A stretch of 64,000 nucleotides of DNA from Octopus bimaculoides (taxonomy: Eukaryota): assembly GCF_001194135.2 (NCBI RefSeq), contig NC_068981.1:150657405-150721404 (forward strand). Reading direction: 5' to 3'. The translations under genes were made by a program, and so were the position numbers. The stretch's first letter is position 1; each line of letters starts with the position of its first letter. Shown here piece by piece: positions 51,618-63,945 of the stretch. Below the pieces are notes generated by a model. That model had not been told where the DNA came from. It ran no database searches and saw only the letters and a program-made list of their open reading frames with translations.

Positions 51618-53842
51618 ATAATATTAGGGAATAAAAAATTTATTCCAACCTTACAGGCAAAAATCGGTATAAAATTACACCAGGTTTCCTAATATATAAT
51701 ATATATGTATATAACTATTTAGAGATGGTATATGCCTCACAGCATGGATTTGGACGGGTTCTGAGTTGACTGAGTTGTGGAGTGGTGGTTCATCTCTAAA
51801 TTAGTTTATATATATATCGATATAGATATACACACACACACACACACACATATATATAGAGAGAGAGAGTGGAGGGGAAGAAAGACAGACACACCAGACC
51901 GAGTGGATTGAAAGTTTGCTTTATAAGCACATGATTTCAAGTTCTATCACACTGCATGGCACCATGAGCAATCATATTCTACTATAAGCCTCAGTCAGAT
52001 CAATTCCCTATGAATGGAATTGGCTGGCAGAAACTGTATGAAAGATTGTCATAGACAAATATGTGTGTGTGTATGTGTGTTTATGTGTGTACCTGTGTAT
52101 AAAGAGTAATGAGTGAGCAGATAAAATAGTTGGCATTGTGTAGATAACTTACCAGGATCTTACTTCAATCTCAATAAAGTTGATACAAGTTATATCAACT
52201 GTTTAGTCATCTAGTTGTGAGAGGCAATCTGAGCACTGCACATCAAATATTCACTAAATAAACTTATGTATGTTTAGTTATCTAGATCAGTGGGTCCCTT
52301 TTTTTTTTTATCCTTTGTCATTCATGGTGTACTTTAGAGCAACTAAAAATATTTTAGTGCACTTTGTACAAAAGGTTAAAATGTATTTTGAAAAAATGGA
52401 ATTTATATATTTTAGCCTATAAATACAAATAATATAAACTACAGGAAATATTTTAAGCATGCATTTCTCTAAACAGAGAATAAATAAAATAGTTATGTAG
52501 AATTTCAGTTTGTGCCTTTCACTATTTCAAATAAAAATGTTTACATACATGTGTCTGTGTCTGTAAGGGAAAAGATGCATGCATACAAGGGTTCATCAAC
52601 AAGGAGGATTCAGTTGAACATGTGAACTTTTGAATTTATGTGCAAGTGACTGAGCATTCCACAGACATGTGCTCCCTTGATGACACAATGTGTCTATATC
52701 ATTGACTTACAGGTTCAATCCATCCAATGGGCTTCTATACAGTTTCCATCTTCTGAAGGTCACTCATATGATATGAACCAATCTGAGGTAACAGAAAATG
52801 ACATTTGCCAAAGATGTCATACCTGGGGATTGAACCTCAATAGTGCAGTGTAGTGTTAATATTATAAGTGACTATATCAAATAAAAAATGTTTACATATA
52901 TGTGTCTGTGCCTGTAATTATTTATATGTACGTCATCATTATCATTTTACATCTATCTTTCACACAGGCATAGGCTGGAGACTGACAGTATCCAACAGAT
53001 AGGAAGACCAAGTCTTCTCTTTGTTTAATAAAAATGGTGGGAAGAGATAATATTGAGAATAGGGTGATAGATGTCAAAAGCAGGTGGCTCCAAGGAGAGG
53101 GATAACTGGTACAGCAAAAGGAAATGTAATATGCGTGGTTTTGTTCTTGTCTGATCTCATTTAATTATAGCAGTTGAACAGTAGTCTAGTTAGAAGAGTG
53201 GTGGGTCCAAGGAATATGAAAGGTAATGAGGGCTTGACAGGGATACAATAGAAGCAAAGCAATGTTCAGGACTTCTTTTCAGTTTCCATCTCCTATATTC
53301 ACTCACAAGGCTTTAGAAGCTTTGAGGCTATAGCAGAAAACACTTGCTCAAAGTGCCACATAGTGGAACTCATCCTAAAACTATGTGATTACATAGCAAA
53401 CTTCTTAACCTCACAACCAAGTCTCTGTGTGTGTGTAGTGTGTATAGGGAAATATATGTGGGTGGGTGATCGTGCATGCTACACCTATGTGGAGAACCAT
53501 AGTTGACCTACATCTGAAATGATCTAAAATTCTAATAACCAAAGCAGAAAGAAAGACAAGCTAATGCTTTCTTTAACTCCACTTAATAACTACTCAGTTG
53601 TTGATACCCTTTCCCAACTCCATTCTTTAAAAGTTGTGCCAAAACAAATTTCGTGATTTACTTTTAAAGCCAGTTATCTTTTATCCTCATGTTATATTAA
53701 CCTTGAATTAATCTTGTGTAAAGAAGAGTTCCACATGTGTATCTAGCCCCGGAATATACTCCACTGTAAGATATCATGTGGTGGCCAAATAATGACATAA
53801 GAGTTCTTATATGCAGGTTATGAGGTCTTCACCCAAATTATA

Positions 53843-53908
<66 letters not shown>

Positions 53909-53911
<3 letters not shown>

Positions 53912-54248
53912 GACAAGATCTCCTTTAGTCATGAATGAGCATGGGATTGCACCTAAAAAGTTCCTCTCTGAGGCATAAGTCCAGGCAAGGTCGTTTATGG
54001 AAGACCAGCAGTCATCCATGCATATCAACCTCCCCTCACGATGCAACCAATGTTATCCAAGAGAAAGGCAAAGGTCATTACAGCTCGACACCAGTGACAT
54101 CACACCTCATTTCTACAGATGTGTGAACAGAAGCAATATAAAATAAAATGTCTTGCTCAAGAACACAACATATAGCCTGGTCCAGGAATTGAATTTACTA
54201 CCTCATGATTGTGAGCTTGACACTCTAACCACTGACTCGTGTACCTTC

Positions 54249-54250
<2 letters not shown>
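53909..54250 (-). mobile_element. Family F tRNA-derived SINE, full length
   Basis: Reverse complement starts GTGAAGGTACACGAGTCAGTGGTTAGAGTG...CAATTCCTGGACC (tRNA-like head). Confidence 0.8.
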
Positions 54251-54296
<46 letters not shown>

Positions 54297-55044
54297 AGCC
54301 TCACTAATGCCAGTGTCACAAAAAAAAAAAAAAAGAAGAAGCACCCAATACACTGTTAAGTGATTTGACCTTAGGGAAGGTCTTCCGCCATTGAAAACAT
54401 TCCAAGGTTGACATTGCAGCATGAGGCATCTTTGTGGCTCAGCAGATCCTGTCAAACCATTCTACCTAAGCCACCAAGGGAAACAGATGTTAAATGTTTA
54501 AATGATGTTGATGATGATATATAAGACATCTTAAAATGAATTAAAAGCATAATATCAATCAGTTCTTTGGAAAGCATTTTAAAAGCAGTATTTCAATATA
54601 ACATATGTAGTGACAGTTGTTGAGATGAAATTAACTGAATTAGAGAGCTTAGACAAAGGATTAAAGTGACCAATACAAGTAAATCACACGTAATTTGTTG
54701 TCAAGTAAAAATATATATAGTTTCAGAAAGTATCTTCAACAGAACAGTGCAATAATATCAATTCAGCTGTCAACCAGTACTAATACTATCTTTCATTTAG
54801 AAAGCTATAGTGACAGTAATAGCTTACACAACTAAAACTTTAAAGCCAGTTCAACCATTGATGGCTTTGGCTCATTTTCTTTCGCGTTTCCTTTCTCTCT
54901 GTCTTTCTTTTTCCTCTCTTCTTTTACAGTGACTTGAATAACAAAAAGAAAAATGCTGCATCAAGTAAAGATTCTAGATTTTCTATTTTTGCTGCAATTA
55001 TTATTTTTGTTATCACTATTGATATAATTATCATCATCATCATC

Positions 55045-55074
<30 letters not shown>

Positions 55075-55075
<1 letters not shown>

Positions 55076-55340
55076 GTATTAGTAGTACTTTTATTATTAT
55101 TATTTCAATAGTGTTATTTTCATTGTGTGCTTTCACTGCACAGCCAAGCATAACTTCATGTGCCTTGGGTATGTGCAGTGTTCTGTGCTTGCCAATTGAA
55201 ATGAAAGTCCTTCATATAAGGTGTGCAGTACCCACTCTATACAGTGTGTTTGTTTGAAAATCCCGGTGTTTTTTCTTTTTATTATATATTGGTTTGAATC
55301 TTTTTCAATCATTCCCAAGGCACTGCACCTAGTATTACAG
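55075..55340 (-). mobile_element. Dong/R4-like LINE extreme 3' end with a (TAA)n tail
   Basis: Minus strand VILGA/LGMIEK...GTAHL resembles the R4/Dong V.LGALG.....GTAHIL C-terminus; runs into TAA repeats. Confidence 0.5.
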
Positions 55341-55550
55341 AAGAATTTGATAAAAATGATTAGTGGTGGGCAGGCTGTGAATGATGATATGAGCAAGGTA
55401 ACAGTACTGACAGAGCAGTGTTATTGATAGAGAGGTGGTATCAGTAAGATGATGGGATTGATTGGTTGAGTCATAGCAAGGTCACCAAATAACTTGCAAG
55501 ACACAATCCCTCAACTGACATATATTTATATATACACGCACACATATCAA

Positions 55551-56698
55551 CATTATCATTTAACGTCTGTTGTCCATGCTGTAATGGGTTGGACAGTTTG
55601 ACCAGGGCTGGTAAGCTGGAAGGCTGCATCAGACTTCATTCTGATTTGGCATGGTTTTCTACAGCTGGATGCCCTTCCTAATGCCAACCACTTGGAGATT
55701 GTAATGGGTGCATATACATGCCACCGGTATGGTTGCCATTTGCATGACACCAGTATCTGCCATGACTTCAATTTTGCTCGGCTTGATGGGTCTTCTCAAG
55801 CATGACATAATGCCAAAGGTTTTGGTCATTGCCTTAGTGAGGCCTAACACTCAAAAGGACCACAGTCAAAAGGAGCTTGGCCACTTTGCCTCCATGAGGC
55901 CCAAAGCTCATAAGGAACTCAGTCACTTTGCCTCCGAGAGGCTCAACACTCAAAAGGAACTCAGCCACTTTGCCTCTCTGAGACCCAATGCTCTAACAGT
56001 GCTCTTTATGTGCCAGTTATGTGACACCATATTACAAAAGATTTTGGTCACTAGTCGTTACCTCCGTGAGGTTCAAAGTTCAAAGATCATGCTTCACCAC
56101 TTCATCCCATGTTTCTTGGGTCTACCCCTACCACAAGTTCCCATCACAGTTAGAGACCAGCACTTCTTTACACAGTTGTCCTTGTCCATATGCATCATAT
56201 GACCATACCAGCTCTATTGCACATCCCATCTGATGCTTCTTATGCCGAACTTTTCTCTCCAGAAGCTTACACTCTGTTGAACATGCACACTCACATTGCA
56301 CATTCAGCAAAGCATACTGGCTTCATTTCTTTCAAGCCTACACATGTCCTTGGCTGTTACAGCCCATGTTTCACTGCCATGTAGCATGGCTGTTTGCACA
56401 CATACACCATACTATCTGCCTTTCACTCTGAAAGAGAGGCTGTCTGTTAGCAGCAGAGGTAGGAGCTCTCTGAATTTTGTCCAGCCTAATCTAATTCTCA
56501 CAACTACTCTCTAGGAGCATCCACCTCTACTACTACCTTGGTCACAGAGATAACAGAAGCTATCTACTACCTCTAGCTTGCTCCCCTAGCAGTTGATGGA
56601 GTATTTTGTGCACATTTTCAGCGTTTATTGTACCTATGCATCTTCCACATACAAAAGCTAGTTTCCCTGTAAACCTTCTTCTGATATTGATACACCTC
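55551..56698 (-). mobile_element. RTE LINE 3' fragment with a 42-bp tandem array (55839-55995) after ORF2
   Basis: Colinear with 1-582 (EVVDSFCYL.D, RIRLGWTKFRELLPLL, LERNEAS); RTE tail with (GAT)-like end. Confidence 0.92.
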
Positions 56699-57054
56699 AA
56701 CTTCACTTTTCATCCTTCGGGCTCATGAAATAAGTCCCAGTTGAATATTCGAGTCAATGTAATCAATTAGTCCCGTCCCCTAAAAATTTCAGGCTTTGTG
56801 CCTAAATTGAAAGGATTATTATAACCATGGGTTTGGCTCCCAGACCGAGATGTGTATTGTGTCTTTGAATGAAACACTTCATTTCACACTGCTCCAGTCC
56901 ACTTAGCTGTAAAGGGGTAACCCTGTGATAGGTTGGCTTTCTGATCAGAGGAAATGTTGGACTGCTCACCTAGCCAGTAGCACAGCATTGTTCAAAAGTT
57001 ATACCAGTAATGCATAACATCAATTAGTCTCGTCAATCAGATGATCATATTTAT

Positions 57055-57405
57055 AATCATCATCATTTTAACATCCACTTTTCTATGCTTGCTTCAGTCA
57101 GAATTTGTTGGTGCAGATTTTCTATAGCTGAATGCTCTTCCTGTCACCAACCCTTATCTGTTTCCAAAGAAGGTAATATTTCTCCATGGTCACACACATG
57201 TTTTTGCAGAATATTGCAAATGAATAACGATCATTTACCTTATGCAATGTCAAGACAAGAAGACACCAATACACACGACAGGATTCTTTCAGTATTTATT
57301 TACCAAATCCACTCACAAGGCTTTGGTTGACCCAGGTGTCATACAACGGGGCAGAACCCCAAACCAGGGAAGTAAACTTCTTAGTCACACATGCACACCT
57401 GTGCC
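57055..57405 (-). mobile_element. Family D SINE
   Basis: Reverse complement of 43377-43825 with internal deletions. Confidence 0.8.
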
Positions 57406-58959
57406 TCTCTCTCTCTCTCACTCTCTCTTAATGTGTGTGTGTGTGTGTTGTGTGTGTATATGCACACGCATATATATATCAATAGAGATAGATAGATAGT
57501 CGGATTCTATTACATATTATTTTGATTCCTTCATCAGACCTGTTTGGAAGCATAGCGGATATCACAGCTGTCCTTTCTCATCCCTTACCCTAGTACACAA
57601 GTAAATAGTCCTTACCAATCCCATATGGATTAAAAGTTTGACTAACTTTGTTATAAACAAAATTTCTAAATATCCGACTACATTATCATCATCATCTTCT
57701 TTATTATCATCCCACAGTCATCATCATGAAATTTGTTGTTGTTTAATAGCCTGTGCCTGAGTCGATCAACAACACAGAAATAGTTGGTTGAATCTAGCTA
57801 ACATTTGTAAAATACTTTAAATTCTTCATGATTCTGCCTGTGAACATTCCTTTAAAACATTTAAAACTAAAATTCATTTGCATTTGTAATTAGATTTTTA
57901 ATGTTCGCTTCATTAATAGGTTAACTCTGACATATATATTGCTTTTTAATACAGGTGGCAACTCTAAGTAATTCACTTCAGTGATTATTTCTAAAACATC
58001 CTAATTTTTCACACTTACTCATGTACAATATCACAAATATATCAATCCCCTCAGAACCATATCTCTAATTAGATACATTGTGTAAGTTTTTCTAGAATGT
58101 AGAAAATAATGAAGAATTTGGGCTTTAAGGCAGTGAACTTTTTGTCATTCTTTATGTTCTGAGTTCAAATTCTACAGAGGTTGATTTGGCTTTCATTCAT
58201 TCAGGGTCAATGAAATAAGAACCAGTTTAGCACCAGGGTCAATGTAATTGACTAGCTCCCTAAAGACTTTTAAACCTTGTGCCTATAGTAGAAAAGATTA
58301 TTATTGTCTTTGGAACACAACTTAACAAAAATTTCTTACATAAATTGCAAAGGAAATTTTTAATTTAAATATAAATATCTGAAATCAAGAGGTTTTGTAT
58401 TATAGAATCAGAGACAATCCCAGGAAGCTTAGTATAAAAAGAGTTTATGTTTGTCTTGTCATTACTTCAGCAAGTAAGTTGAAGTGTATATGTCTCTGAG
58501 GAGGACTAATAAGACTTAAACATATCCAGAGTTGTCTCCCATCTCTGCCAAAATTATAATAGGAGTTTTTGGGCTAATAATGTCTTTCTTCATCACATAG
58601 ATATTACCAATTAAATCTTTGATGGTCATTAAATCAATTGTATTTAGACTAACTTGGAGGGTCTATGAATGTCGTAGGTACAGCTACATCCAACAGACCA
58701 AACCGAAGAAGTATCACCAATTTACTACATAAAAAATTAATGGAACAATCTTGACACAAAACAATAGTTTTCAATAGTTAGAACCACTATTTGTGGTGGT
58801 AGGCTTGCTCAGCTTGATACCACCACCTGGCACCTTGTCTTCCTTTAGTGAAATCCACTCTGTTGCAAGCATTTGGACATGGTTTCTAGTTTGAGGATAC
58901 CTGCCTAAATCCTACCCACCAGTCTTTGAGATCCTGTAACATGTCATAGACATGTTACA

Positions 58960-59470
58960 AGATAAAAATTAAAAAGTACATTAGTCAAGGAGTGGATAGG
59001 CCAATGCTGTTTTCAGTGAGATAACAATAAACATCTATCAATAAAAGTGAGGAAGAGACTTAGGGGCATGCATAGAAACCACCATTACCTTTGGCCGTGA
59101 GACTTGGAACACCAACAAACAATTGCAAAAGCTTATCGATGATAAAAAGAAGTGATTCTTTGGATGGATGCTGAAGATATCTTATACAAATAGAGCAACG
59201 AATTTTGTGGACCTTAGATGAAGAGAAACAAAAAGAAAACTTAACAACAAAAGGAAGCAATAGGTAAAATTCATTAGACATCAGATGAGAAGACAAAACC
59301 ATGAAGACCTGACAACAGAAAAACTAAAAAAATAGAAGGAGGGGAATGACAGAGAGAAAATACTTGAAGGCCTTACCATCTGGTTACAGAAAGACTGAAC
59401 ACAAAATCTTACTAAGTTGTGTGGGGGACAGGAGGGGATGGTAGTCCATGATGAACAATGCCTATAAGCA
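58960..59470 (+). mobile_element. RTE (BovB-like) ORF2 C-terminal fragment, a different family from 2191-3095
   Basis: HLSIKVRKRL..ACIETTITFGRETW...WMLKISYTNRATN...FIRHQMRR...QREKILEGL..W...DRRGW*SMMNN. Confidence 0.75.
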
Positions 59471-59499
59471 CAGTACAGAAAAAATCAGTCGATCCATAT

Positions 59500-59720
59500 A
59501 TCTTCTCTGCCCACTATTCCTGGTAGGGTTGTGGAAGCAGAGACCTCAGGCACTTCCTCAAGACTTTCTAGTTGGATTTTTAAGCACAACCAATAAAACT
59601 ATGGATATTATCCAGTCATCTCATTGTTTGATTACCCCTAGGTCTCGAACCAGTTTGCTCAGCTTCATTAATGCATTTGGCAATTCTTTCCTGTAGATAG
59701 CATCTATTCCTTCAGGGATC
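59500..59720 (-). mobile_element. RTE-like ORF2 C-terminal relic, tail-to-tail with the previous one
   Basis: ERIAKCINEAEQTGSRPRGNQTMR*LDNI resembles GSRPRGRP..RW.DNI. Confidence 0.5.
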
Positions 59721-60445
59721 TTTTTTATTATTATTTTTGATATGTTCTGATATGAGAAGGGAGTTTGTGGGTAGAGGTATGCTGCTGAAATGAACTATGG
59801 AAAAGTTTAGAGGAGTTACTAATTGATATTGTTATTGCAGAGTCATTCTGCTATAACAGACACATGGCAAGAAGAAAATGAACTAATGAAATAATTAAAG
59901 AGAGATCTGTACAATCAACTCACGGAGTTAAATACAGAAGGGAATTTGTTGAAGGAGATATGGAAATTACACAAGCAAATAAAGTTTTGGTATTTTAGTT
60001 ATGGCCCCCGTGTTAATATGCATGTGTGCACGTACATGTGAAAGAGTGATAAATAGATAGGGAGATGGGGCATATAAACAAATAGGTAGAGAAATAATAT
60101 TGATCTACTTATCAAAAACTACTTCACTTTGTATTGGAATATTACACAAGGACGTAACTCTAATGCAGTAATGAACATGCTTGAAAACATGAGAGAGTGA
60201 TTTCAGTATAATTACTGGAAGCACTCACTCTTTTAGATGCATGTACAGTTTCTGGACTACATCCAAGAAATAACTTCCATTATACACACAAAAAAAGTGG
60301 ATGTGACTTCTTTGTGATCACTTGCTCTGCTACAAATAGCTGTTAAAATATCCTTTAATCATTCCCCACCAACTTAAAACTGGGAGGACATGTTAAATAA
60401 TGTAGTTTTAGTTATATACAAAAAAAAGATAAAAAGAACATAGAC

Positions 60446-60588
60446 CAGGCATGAGCAACCCTTTGCAAGAAGTAGGTTCCATGAGACATGGATCATCAGG
60501 TGGACCACACTATTAAAAGAGTTTGAATAATTTTTCATTTAAGAGTGCCATTCAGAAAGTCCCATAGGCTGTAGGTTGCCTGTGACTG
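60446..60588. mobile_element. Possible hAT-type MITE
   Basis: CAGGCATGAGCAACC ... GGTTGCCTGTGACTG imperfect TIRs; no clear 8-bp TSD. Confidence 0.35.
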
Positions 60589-61714
60589 CCTTACATCATA
60601 CACTTCTGTCCAATTAGAGCTGACCTTTAATTAAACAACTAAATACCAACTGTCACAATTACCGTCAATCTGATTTCAGACTAAGCTGCTGCTGCAAAAC
60701 AAATCTCTATTTACCCTCTTCAGATTGCTGGCTTAACACCACACTCCAACTAAACGTATTCGTGTGGTTTTCAACTTCCTAGAAATAACACTTGAATCTC
60801 CCTTTTATTACACACTACTGTCTTGAAAAAAAAAAAAAAAGGATATACCCGATAATGTGGTCCTGCAAAACTCTAGGATGGGATGGCCATGGTTAAAATA
60901 ACATTGATTATATATCACTTCAGTCAAGGCTGACTTGCAGCTAAACAACAATATGCCCAGGAATTTCTTATAGAGTCTCTTCCTCCTGAAAATTTGTCCA
61001 ATTGATCAGCCTCAAAATTATAATATCCCGATTTCCAATATTATTCTTGCATTTCTTCTAATTAGAAAAAGCAACCTATCTTGGCTGCTAAACTACATTC
61101 CATACAATCGATGTGCACAAACATCATTACATGGTTAACAGATTTCAGTTGAGATTCAATCACCCCAAATGACATTTTAGGCAAGTTCTCCTACCATAAT
61201 ATCAGCTCTGCCAGAGAGTGACATTTGTCAGATGGAAACAGTTTAATATGCTAGATTACCTATGGATCCATCCAAACGTTAACAACAGAGTAAACCTTGA
61301 TAAAGGCATCCACAAACAAAGCAATGATGCTAAACCAGGTGGTGAAATCTGCTTGACAGTATATTTTGATCATTAATGTACATAAAGGTGCAAAGTAATT
61401 AATATCGTAAGCATTTATAAGCAATTACAACCCATTGCCAGTAGCTAATTTAGTTTAACATCAACACCATCATTTAGCTCACAATCATCCGAGCTTGCAT
61501 GTCTCTAGTAAAATTTGTTGATACAGATTTCAATGGCTAGATGCTCTTCCTGTCACCAACCCTCACTTGTTTCCAAGTAGGGTAATATTTCCTCATGGTC
61601 AGACATGATTTTCACAGAAGATTGGAAATGAAGAACCTTGTTTGTATGATGAGAATGCTCATTTAAAACCATCAAGTGATGGCTAGACAAGGATACACAT
61701 ACATATATACATAC

Positions 61715-62660
61715 TTTGAAGTGCATGCATTTGCAATCCAGGAATAGGAAATATCAACCAAGCACCTGATGCACAAAAGAGATAGAGATGCAGGAAAAGA
61801 CATAAAGTGTGACAACTAATGCAGACTTTGTGGAGTTCACACTGAAGATATCACCCACATCATAAGCAGTTGTAAAAATGCCATCACAATATTATCTACT
61901 GATGAGACATGGCATTGTAGCTAGGACACTCTATAATGAAATCCATCGGAAGGAAAATCCCGAGAACAAAGGAATAAGAACCCACAATATGGTAGAAGCC
62001 ATAGTCACTCATAATAAAAGGGAATACTGGTGGAATGTACCAGTGAAGACTCAATAAAATGCAAGCGCACCAGACCTGGTATAATGATTTGGGATAGAGA
62101 AGAGAAACTGTGCACATTTGTGGAAATTAGGTGCCCAGCAGACATTAACATAAGGCTGAAGATCAGTGAAAATGAGAACACCTATACTGAACTATTGACA
62201 AATCTGCAGCTACTCTATCTAGATTACAAGTTCAGGTTTATACCTGTAATTATTGGGACCCTGGGATATGTAATACACTGCCTAAATACCAACCTTGAGA
62301 AATTAGGCTTCTCAAAACCAGAAAGGAGAAAACTAATTCGAAGACTATAGATCCAATCCATCACTGGAACTGTAAAAATCTGTAAAACTTTTCCAGAAGT
62401 TTATCATTTAAATATATATGAGCATATCTAGATATGCAACTATATGCATGAGAATACATACATAAAATATACAAATCTGCACACACATACATAAATACAT
62501 ACATACATACATACATACAAACAAATAAACAAACAAAAATACCCTGTTGTTGATGTTGGAATTCCAATGAAGGAGCTTTGGATTTAGGTTAGAAACTGGT
62601 TCTTTCTCTATTGACAAGAAATCTTGAAGTAAACTGAATAATGGCATACATACATACATG
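61715..62660 (+). mobile_element. Dong/R4-clade LINE 3' fragment (CCHC knuckle and restriction-like endonuclease) with 3'UTR and (CATA)n tail
   Basis: AFAIQ..EIST, CRLCGVHTEDITHIISSC, RHGIVA, RPGIMIWDREEKLCTFVEIRCPADINI, PVIIGTLG; stops and frameshifts. Confidence 0.88.
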
Positions 62661-62776
62661 TATGTTTCTTTTAGATTTCATCTACTAAATCTCACAAGGC
62701 TTTGATCAGCTTGGGGTAGTAGTAGATGACACTTGCTCAAGGTGATATGCAGTGGGACTGAACCCAAGACTATATG

Positions 62777-63110
62777 CAGTTCTATATTTAAGAGATGAGG
62801 AATTATGTACATTATTTACATTTGACAGATATTTGTCCTCGTCTTTTATTGTTAACACAACTTTTCGGCTGATATACCCTCCAGCTTTCATCAGGTGTCT
62901 TGGGGAAATTTCAAACCTGGGTTCTCATTCCTAAGGTATTTTTCAATGTTGTTGTTATTATTATTATTATTCAGGTCACTGCCTGGAATCAAACTCGGAA
63001 TCTTGGGGTTAGTAGCCCACGCTCTTAACCACGGGCATATGGCATAGTGGTCAAGAGCGCAGGCTACAAACCCCAAGATTCTGAGTTCGATTCCAGGCAA
63101 TGACATGAAT

Positions 63111-63147
<37 letters not shown>

Positions 63148-63293
63148 TTGAAAAATGCCTTAGGAATGAGATCTCAGGTTCGAAATTTCCCCAAGACACC
63201 TGATGAAGGCTGGAGGGTATATCAGCTGAAACATGTTAACAACAAACAAGATGAGAACAAATATCCGTCAAATGTAAATAATATAAATAATGT
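62777..63293. mobile_element. Palindromic element: two outward-facing arms, each tRNA-like head + (AAY)n linker + Penelope-type end with a hammerhead-like motif; 13-bp TSD
   Basis: Arms 62806-63032 and 63033-63293 are reverse complements. TSD CCAAGACTATATG at 62764-62776 and 63294-63306. A box TGGCATAGTGG 63040-63050; B box GTTCGATTCC 63085-63094. CTGATGA...GAAA at 63200-63231 (+) and 62899-62854 (-). Confidence 0.85.
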
Positions 63294-63900
63294 CCAAGAC
63301 TATATGGTTGAGACACAATTTTATAAATCTACTGTATCATAACATTTGAGAGTGTTTCACACACACACACACACACTGAACAACCACTGGAAGAGTTTCT
63401 AGGTAGTCAATGGACCTGATAGAAATAGCAGTCAAATCTTCCTCAATCCACACTTTACCCTCTTAGAAAAAAAAACATGGAATAATGTAGTTTGGGTTAC
63501 ACTATTATTAGAGAAAAAAAAACAGGATGGTCACGGTTGAAAGATCAAGGTTAATATAGGGTTATGCAAAAGCAACAACAACAACAATCCTCATTATATG
63601 ATTATCGCCAGCTGACAGCAGACAATATAGAGATACATTGTTATTTTAATGGGAGCTGAAAAATCTGATTTCCACCTTTACACTCAACCAGATTGTTTCC
63701 TTGGCAACAGGACAAGGTAGGATTATAGAGAGGGAAAATATATATCTTATCAAGGATAGGGAAAAAGTGCAGTGGGAGGAGGAGGAGGAGGAGATTATAA
63801 ATAATCTTTAATTGATAAGGATAGATAGAAACCAAGATGCTTTAATTATAAAACAGAAACATTGAGAACAATCACAAAATATATGTGTGTATGTGTGTGT

Positions 63901-63941
<41 letters not shown>

Positions 63942-63945
63942 GGAG

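Larger units (their letters stand above)
61470..63345 (-). mobile_element. Family D SINE split into three pieces (61470-61714, 62660-62776, 63294-63345) by two later insertions
   Basis: The pieces rejoin into the reverse complement of 43377-43825. Confidence 0.75.

Noticed and set aside
54890-54965. Strong plus-strand pyrimidine tract plus CAG as an acceptor
   Set aside because: The tract is CT-microsatellite-like, downstream sequence is low-complexity, and no partner exon was found.
55708-56202. 164-aa plus-strand ORF with KELSHFAS repeats
   Set aside because: Antisense reading of the RTE 42-bp array and ORF2 end.
63033-63107. Functional tRNA gene (also the other SINE heads)
   Set aside because: A and B boxes are present but I could not fold a full cloverleaf with a proper acceptor stem, there is no terminator, and it is embedded in a repeat.
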